From: Chrysochromulina tobinii
Lineage: Eukaryota
Assembly: GCA_001275005.1 (NCBI GenBank)
Contig: JWZX01003279.1
Coordinates: 1 to 33,618 of the forward strand
Length of the DNA stretch: 33,618 nt
Reading direction: 5' to 3'
The notes beneath the pieces were generated by a model. That model was not told where the DNA came from. It ran no database searches and was given only the letters and a program-made list of their open reading frames with translations. The position numbers were made by a program, and so were the translations under genes. Of this stretch, positions 27,456 to 33,618 are shown one piece after another. Position 1 is the stretch's first letter. Each line of letters opens with the position of its first letter.

Positions 27456-29517
27456 CTAACTGCCGCTCACCTTGCCGCCGCGCCTCTTGCCACCTGGCGT
27501 GCGACCTTTGGGGTGCGGGGGCATCTCAGATCCAGAGGGCCTCTCCAGCTCGGCGAAGAAGTTGGTCTCGACTAAATCGTCGGCGGGGGTGCGCACGGTG
27601 CCACGCATAGGCGAGTGCTCCCGCTCGCTACTCGACCCACCAACTCTGTGATGGACAAGCTCCCACTGCGTCTCGGCCAGCCGCGCGAGGGTGGGAGCAT
27701 CGGGTGCAGCAAGTTGTTGAATGGAGAGTGCTTGCAATCGTTTCATAAGCCCGACGGCCCGCTCGTGAAGTGCAGCCTCGGCCTGTAGGCCAGGCACCTC
27801 TTCGTCTTCGTTGTTTGGCCGGTACGCCTCGTACCTGATCAGGAAAGCAATCATTAGTCATCAGTGGGCATCAGAGGGGCAAGCAGAGTCAACATCAGGG
27901 GCAATCAGGGGCCATCAAGGCCTCGTGCTCGAGGCGGGCTGGCCAACAGGGAAGGCAATCAGTGGTTAATCAGTGGCCATCGGTGGTCTACGGTGGTCAT
28001 CAGTGGTCATCAGCGGGCATCAGAGGCATTCGGGGGCAGTCAAGGCCTCGTACTCAATGCGGGGCGGCTTGCGTCGGCAGGCGTAGTAGAGCATGCTGGG
28101 AAGCGCCATCTTGAGCGCGAGCGCGTCGAGCCGCTGCTCGGGCGAGATCGCGTTGAGATGCCACTCGATGAGCAGGTGTGTGAGCTTGCAGAGGGCGCCC
28201 TCTGCAAGCAAGAAGGGCAGCAGCTGTGCCTCTACGCCTTCCACATCAAGCTTCAAGAAGAGCAGCTCGGGCGCCGGCAGAGCACTCGCCCCTCGGCGCA
28301 CAAAGGCTGCAAGGTCGACTGCGGTCACATTGATCGATTTTCTGGAGCCGAAACGACCGGCCATTCGATTGCTGAGCGAGGACGTCTCTGAGTTGGCACT
28401 GAGGAAGAAGGGCACCTGATGACAGAGGAAATCAGAGGTCATCAGTAGGCCATCAGAGGCAAGTAGAGGCACTCAGAAGCAAGTAGAGGCAATAAGGGAC
28501 CAGTGAAAACAAATAGATGCAATCAGAGGCCATCAGAGGCACTCGGAGGCCATTCGAGGCAATTAGAAGGCGAGGTGCAATACCGTCGAGTCCTCGTTCC
28601 ATGCCACCGCGGGTATGTGCGTCAGCCTCGGTGCAAAGGCGGCCACCAGCTGCCTCAGCGTGGGGAAATACTTCTCCTGCGGCTCGAACATGTAGGCCCT
28701 GGTGAGGCAGTGCGGCGCCTCACGATGCATGAGCTTGAGCATCCCTTCGGACCACAAACCTGATGAAGGAGGCAATCGATGGCCATCAGCGGCAATCAGC
28801 TTGAGCATCCCTTTGGACCACAAACCTGATGGCAATCGATGGCCATCAGCGGCAATCCAGTCGAAATGAGCGGCAATCAGTCGTAATCAGGGTTGTTAGC
28901 TTGAGCATCTGCTTGGCCCACAGACCGTTGTTGGCGCCCACGTCGATAATCAGCACGCGACGCTGAACCCTCGCCAACTGCGCGAAGGCCTTGGCCAGCG
29001 TACTTTCCACCTGGTGGCTTGGGTCGTCGTGATCATCATCATCATCATCGTAGGCTGTCGTCCCGTTCTTGAGCTTCTCAAGCTCAGCCTTAGCTGACAG
29101 AAAACCTGTGGGGTGTTGGATCAATGCGCCCAGATTGCATGCGTGGTACCTGCATGCAATGAGGAAGGTCATCAGAGGCGATCAGAGGCGATCAGAGGCA
29201 ATTAGAGGCGATCAGAGGCAATCAACGTACCACGAGCAGTCTTTCCACTTGATGGACACTGACACGTACCGGCAGCGCTCGCAGCTGGCGCAGTGGTGCG
29301 CGCAGTAGGAGAAAGCCGCGTCCCACGATGCCCGGTGCCTATGCGGCAACGTAAAGGTGCCTTTCAGGCCGACCTTGCAGTTGCCCTTCACACCCTCGAC
29401 GGTGGTTTCGCAGAACCCGGAGCGTCTGGAGCGAGACATGGTGCCTGCATGCAATGAGGGACGTGTTGTCTTGTTGGGCTGCCCTGCGCCGAGTACGATG
29501 GCGATGCCAGGCCACAT
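27456..29517 (-). CDS. FkbM-family SAM-dependent methyltransferase with N-terminal Cys-rich module; exons 29517-29231, 29149-28926, 28759-28584, 28415-28054, 27834-27456
   Basis: Five ORF-track fragments join in phase via four GT-AG introns: ...KDCSW|YHACN...IIDVGANNG|LWSEG...MFEPQ...AWNEDST|VPFF...FLKLDVEGVE...LLIEWH...RIE|YEAYRP. DVGANxG, FEP, LKxDVEG and IEWH are FkbM motifs. The start is uncertain. Confidence 0.87.
27835..28053 (-). other. Repeat-filled intron (219 nt) with 9-bp duplication GTACGAGGC at its 5' end and at the start of the next exon
   Basis: + strand gcctcgtac at 28045-28053 and 27826-27834; 3' end TGATTGC-TTTCCTG-ATCAG. Confidence 0.85.
28416..28583 (-). other. Repeat-filled intron (168 nt)
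   Basis: GTATTG donor, GCCTCTGATG/GCCTCTACTT units, 3' end TGATTTC-CTCTGTC-ATCAG|GT; phase-0 join. Confidence 0.83.
28760..28925 (-). other. Repeat-filled intron (166 nt) containing two copies of the first 28 nt of the downstream exon; alternative in-frame acceptor at 28826
   Basis: 28-nt copies at 28898-28925, 28798-28825 and 28732-28759 (the last is exonic); 3' end CGATTGC-CTCCTTC-ATCAG. Confidence 0.8.
29150..29230 (-). other. Repeat-filled intron (81 nt), nearly pure GCCTCTGATC/T decamer array
   Basis: TG|GTACGTTGATT(GCCTCTRAT(C/T/G))x5...CCTCATTGCATGCAG|GTACC; GTAC occurs at both the intron start and the exon start. Confidence 0.87.
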
Positions 29518-29828
29518 ATGATAATTTAGGGTCCCCGCGAAAGGCGGGGCGGCCGCTGAGGCCGGGCGCGACGTTCGAACGCGATCGTGGGCGTCCGCGA
29601 CGCGCCGCGTCGGGTCCAAATTTGGAATGTTTGTCAACCTCCGTGTCATGTGTGGTGCGAATGTGAATGTGTGGCTGGGTCAGTTACCGGTAAAAAGACA
29701 CCGGAGGAGCCGGTTACCGGTACCGTTTTCCTTAGAATTCCTACCGGGTACCTACAGCACATGTTTTTTTCTCCTGCGGAGACGGACAGTAAAAGCGATA
29801 GTGGCTCTCGTGGGGTGTCCGGAGCGAT

Positions 29829-29905
29829 GCGCGTTGTGTTGAGCAGCATCAGCAGCATCAGCAAACGCGTTGTGTTGAGCAGCATCAGCTAACGCGTTGA
29901 GCAGC
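29829..29905. repeat. Short intergenic tandem duplication (cgcgttgtgttgagcagcatcagc x2 plus a partial third copy)
   Basis: Seen directly between the divergent methyltransferase genes. Confidence 0.8.
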
Positions 29906-29999
29906 GAAAAGTTCGCCGCCATCGGACGTGCGAATCGCGTTGCGTCCGGCGCCGGCCGCCGCGCCCTCGTGCCGCCGCCTTCTCCCGGGATGCGGCTGA

Positions 30000-30896
30000 A
30001 TGTCCACCTACAGACCACTGAGTCAGATCCATTCTGAAGCTCCATTTCTGCAGCTCGTTCAGAAGCAGCCTGCACCAGCCTCATGCACAGATGCGGGGTT
30101 TGCACGAATTGTTGATCTCGCAAAGCTGCTCGGCCACGCTGCGGCGAACATCACCATCCGCAACAGTTTCCCGAGGGTGCTTCTCACCGGTTCGAACGGT
30201 TCTCCTCGGTTCGACAGTCGAAAAAGTGTCAGTCTCCCGGAGGCCACTCTCATTAATCCTGGGTTCTGGGGCATATTCTCAGAGGCCTACAACAATGTCA
30301 AGACAAGGATGTTGTACGATGAACTCTGCGCCCGATTCCCCCCAAATGGGCCTCCACCACACATCGTTGAGCTCGGGTTCATGAAGGGACAGTCTGCATT
30401 GCTCTTCCTTGAGGCTCATCCGAACTCGACCGTCTCCAGCTTTGACCTGGGCAACTATAGATGGTCGCGCCCACTGGCGGCGCTCCTGCAGCGCGCATAC
30501 GGCAAGCAACGTTTGGTGGTCACTTTTGGATACACGAATCGCACGCTGCCTAAGTATGCTGCAACGCATCCGCGCGGAGGAAAGTGTGACGTGGCCTTCA
30601 TCGACGGTGACAAGACGCGCGTGGGCCGACTCAAAGACATGAAGGAGGTTCGTCGCCTTTACAAGCCCTCTACGATCTTCTTCGACGAGGCGACCAGCTT
30701 GGATTGCGTCAGCTCGCAAGCTCGCTGTGCTGCGGCGTGCGAGGCGGACAGGCGGCACAAATCAGACCTGTGGGGTGGCGCAACGCTGGCCTACTGCGAC
30801 GCGGCACAGCAGGGCCTCATCACGATTCAGCGGTGCGCGTGGCCCCCTGGGATGCAGGATATGGATGGGATCTGCGTGGGTACCTTTCGTTATTGA
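30000..30896 (+). CDS. Class I SAM-dependent methyltransferase (Methyltransf_24-like)
   Basis: Motif I IVELGFMKGQSALLFL, VSSFDLG, CDVAFIDGDK, IFFDE. The start is uncertain. Confidence 0.8.
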   Translation: MSTYRPLSQIHSEAPFLQLVQKQPAPASCTDAGFARIVDLAKLLGHAAANITIRNSFPRVLLTGSNGSPRFDSRKSVSLPEATLINPGFWGIFSEAYNNVKTRMLYDELCARFPPNGPPPHIVELGFMKGQSALLFLEAHPNSTVSSFDLGNYRWSRPLAALLQRAYGKQRLVVTFGYTNRTLPKYAATHPRGGKCDVAFIDGDKTRVGRLKDMKEVRRLYKPSTIFFDEATSLDCVSSQARCAAACEADRRHKSDLWGGATLAYCDAAQQGLITIQRCAWPPGMQDMDGICVGTFRY

Positions 30897-30970
30897 GTTT
30901 TTAATGAAAATCATGTTTGCTTCATAGGCTATTTCTCGACATGCCATCTCTATCATGCCACGTTACGACG

Positions 30971-31610
30971 TTAGAAGTTCGGTCTTGGTGGCAAGCCCTT
31001 CATGACCGAATCGATCTGCCTGGCTGCCGTGGCGGCCGCAGCGCCGAGCTCCGTCTGCCCATGCATAAGCTTCGCTTGCGCTTCGATGACCTCCAGGATG
31101 GCGCTCGGGCTCGTCTCCACGACGAGCCCACCGACGATCATCTCGTCGATGACCCAATGCACCTTCTCGCAGTTGAAGATGATGTCGAGCTCGCACACAT
31201 TCTTGAAATGGCGGTCGAGCGTCTCGACGAGAACCTGGATCAGGTCGAGAATGCCGAGCTCACTCTCGGAGCCGTCGATGACCATGCAAAAGTAGAGCGT
31301 CGCGTACAGCCGATAGACAACCCGAGGTCTGTCGACGCCAGGGAACCATTCCGCTGCGTCAAGGAGCGAGCTCGCGTTTTCTGCCCTTCCCGTGAGCGTC
31401 GCGAAAAGATCGCGAACCATACGCTGCTGCTGCTGCTGAGGCTGCGGTGGCAGAGGCGACAGCAAAGGTGCAGGATGTCAGCAGCGACTGGATTAGCGCA
31501 ACTGGCTGAGAGTGTAAAGAAAGGCACGCGCGCGCGCGCACCGTCTCACGATAGAATTTGAGCATTCGGGCCTTGCCAAAGTTGTTGACGATTAAAAAGG
31601 CGAGAATCAT
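30971..31610 (-). CDS. AP3S: AP-3 adaptor complex sigma subunit; exons 31610-31542 and 31441-30971
   Basis: MILAFLIVNNFGKARMLKFY...YRLYATLYF...SESELGILDLIQVLVETLDRHFKNVCELDIIF...EMIVGGLVVET. The SESELGILDLIQV signature is sigma-3 type. GT-AG intron at 31442-31541. Confidence 0.93.
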
Positions 31611-32251
31611 CTCGGCACGCGGCAGCAATACCCACGCGCTGAACCAGCTGAACCAGCTGCAGCAGGAGGCGCAAAGCGGGCGGCCCTAGGTGTTCACGCC
31701 CTCGCTTCTTGACTTCGAAACTTGGCTCACGCCGATGCTCTTGCGCTTTCGTTCTACAAGGCAAGTAAAGTCAAGTCATGTCGGCTTCCGTATGTGGTCT
31801 GTTGTGTATGTAGAGACTTGACTATACTTTCTACACACATTTTGAAATCAGGTTATGAGGATTGGGATTTGGGTGCAAAAAAATCCAGACGATTCGAAAC
31901 TCTGAAGTCCCCCCCGCGCCCTTGGGTGTAAATCACTCATCAGTTTGAAATCACACAGGGTAGGATTTTTTGGGGGTGCATATTCTTTATTGATCGCTCC
32001 CTCCCCCCTAGTTTAATAGCACTTGACTCTCGAATCCGGAGCCGTCACTCTTGAGATAGCCGGCTCTCCGTCGACGTGACACGACGACACGGAAAGCGGA
32101 CATGGAACATGCCTCAAAATCGAAGATGCCACACGATCGCAACATCCCTCCATGGCGTTGCCCAGGCCGACAGCCCGAGCCTGCAGCCAGGCCGCGCTCC
32201 CGCACACAATCATCCTCCCTCCCTCCTCAAAGTCACAAGGGCCCCGACTGC

Positions 32252-33511
32252 CTATTCCTCGTCGGGCGGCTCGCCGAAAAAGTCGGGCTTCACATACGAG
32301 GGGTCGCGCGGCGGCGCGGCGAAGCGCTTGGTGCCGCCGTCAATGTCGTTCACCGTGGGCGCGATTGTCTTCAAGAGGGCGGGGTCGCGCGGCGCTGCCG
32401 CGAGCATCCGCACGCCGCCCTTGAGCGCCGGCTCAACCCCGCCGGCCACGTCGACGACGGTCGCGCTGACGGAGAGCGAGATCTCCTCGCGCTCGGTCAC
32501 GATGGTGAGGACCTCGCGCAGCTCGGAGGGGGCCATCTCGCAAACCTCAACCTCGAGGGGCAGGGCCATGCCCGCGGCCACCGCGCCGGGCGCGAAGACG
32601 AGGCGCGCGCGCGGGTTCTGCTTGATCGAGAAGCGCTGCGATAGGTTGGACACGTTGACCAGCTTGAGCGGGAATCGGTACACCCGCCCGACGGCGAGTA
32701 CCCCGAAGTCGGCGCGCGCGGGCAGCAGCTCGAAGGCAGCGTCGAAGGTGGGCTCGTGGTTGAGGTAGCGCTGGTTGACCGAGACGGTGTGCACGCCGCG
32801 CTTGTAGGGCACTTCGAGCAGCAGGTTCATCAGGTTCGGGTTGGACGCCGCGGGGGGGAAGGAGACCGTCGGCGCGGCCACGCGACCGCCGCGCTCCGAG
32901 CCGTAGACGCTCAGCGGCACGCGGCTTGACATGCGCACGTTGGGCGGCGGCAGCTGCGGAGGCTCGTCGGACGAGAGGAAGGGCGCCATCCGCGCGCTCG
33001 TCGCGGGCAGCGGCGGCAGGTGCGGATTGCGCGGCGACGCGAGCGGATCGGCGAGCAGCGCGAGCGCCTCTGCCGAGGGCGCTCCCGCGCCGTCGTCCTC
33101 GTCGCCGCTAAACTGCATCGTGCCCCCACCTGTCGGCTTCTCGGCCGCCGTGACCGAGTCGCGTGGCTGGAAGACTGAGGCCGGCAGGGGCGGCGCCGTG
33201 CCAAGACCCTTCTTCGTCGCCGACTGGCCAAAATTCACCTCGCCGCCGACGGGCACCATCTTGAGCTCCCGCTTCTCGAAGCCGCCGTGGAAGGACGCTG
33301 ACTTGGGGTCCTTGCGGATCTTAGCCGCTTCGGCCGCCTCAGCGGCGAGACGCGCCGCCTCGGCCGCCTCCTCGGCTGCCACTTGCGCATCGTAGCGCTC
33401 CTCGAGCTCACGCGCGTGCCCCGCCTCCTGGAAGGCGTGCGACGCGTACTGTTGCTGCGAGCGCACCGAGCGGCTGATATCCAAAGACAGGTGTGTCGGC
33501 TGGCCGGCCGC
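32252..33511 (-). CDS. SPAG17: Last exon of SPAG17/PF6-like central-pair axonemal protein (C-terminal ASH/MSP-type Ig domain); 5'-partial
   Basis: VNQRYL...FELLPARADFGVLAVGRVYRFPLKLVNVS...RFSIKQ...FAPGAVAAGMALPLEVEV...IVTEREEISLSVSATV resembles the SPAG17 C-terminus as recalled. Acceptor TCTGCGCAG at 33512; upstream intron runs off the window. Confidence 0.75.
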   Translation of the reverse strand, partial: AAGQPTHLSLDISRSVRSQQQYASHAFQEAGHARELEERYDAQVAAEEAAEAARLAAEAAEAAKIRKDPKSASFHGGFEKRELKMVPVGGEVNFGQSATKKGLGTAPPLPASVFQPRDSVTAAEKPTGGGTMQFSGDEDDGAGAPSAEALALLADPLASPRNPHLPPLPATSARMAPFLSSDEPPQLPPPNVRMSSRVPLSVYGSERGGRVAAPTVSFPPAASNPNLMNLLLEVPYKRGVHTVSVNQRYLNHEPTFDAAFELLPARADFGVLAVGRVYRFPLKLVNVSNLSQRFSIKQNPRARLVFAPGAVAAGMALPLEVEVCEMAPSELREVLTIVTEREEISLSVSATVVDVAGGVEPALKGGVRMLAAAPRDPALLKTIAPTVNDIDGGTKRFAAPPRDPSYVKPDFFGEPPDEE

Positions 33512-33618
33512 CTGCGCAGAGAAGTGGGCGAGAGCCGCGGGAGCCGGGAGCCAAGTGAGCAAGGGATGAATTGCGGGGCAATGGGCGTGGGGGTGGGGAG
33601 GGAGGAAGTTGGGAGGGG

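Noticed and set aside
27835..29230. Regularly repeated ATCAGAGG units as a possible CRISPR array or telomeric repeat
   Set aside because: Units are ~10 bp, degenerate and lack unique spacers. They lie within GT-AG introns of a eukaryotic gene, with no cas genes nearby, and do not match TTAGGG-type telomere repeats.
29752..29922. Small minus-strand ORF MAANFSLLNALADAAQHNAF...
   Set aside because: 56 codons made largely of a local tandem duplication in the divergent promoter spacer; no support for coding.
31800..32010. AT-rich island with repeated TTTGAAATCA...GGATT...GGGTGCA
   Set aside because: Only short imperfect direct repeats between the SPAG17 3' end and the AP3S start; insufficient to call an element.

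Overview
GC-rich, gene-dense eukaryotic nuclear DNA, most likely from a flagellated haptophyte alga (Chrysochromulina/Prymnesium-like). This is inferred from the short spliceosomal introns, two plastid-lumen proteins with signal peptide plus twin-Arg presequences, flagellar genes and high GC. About 17 protein-coding genes: R2R3-MYB (partial), a small single-TM KSP-repeat protein, eIF3e, Ataxin-2/Pbp1, a PsbP-domain protein, a GT2 glycosyltransferase, a large novel repeat protein, THOC3, PDZ-FKBP, a PhyH dioxygenase, a calflagin/EF-hand/TM protein, F-box/Kelch, proline iminopeptidase, a Sel1-repeat protein, a five-exon FkbM methyltransferase, a class I SAM methyltransferase, AP-3 sigma, and the last exon of SPAG17/PF6. 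The most striking signal is a family of introns (four in the FkbM gene, one in the F-box gene) filled with a degenerate ~10-bp CCTCTGAT(GA/TG/CG) tandem repeat. Four of the five end in a fixed YGATTKC-N7-ATCAG module. Several begin with a copy of the start of the downstream exon (4, 9 and ~28 nt), so the GT donor appears to come from a duplicated target site. This resembles an introner-like intron-generating mechanism with variable-length duplications. All gene models and family assignments were made by eye, without database searches or RNA evidence.
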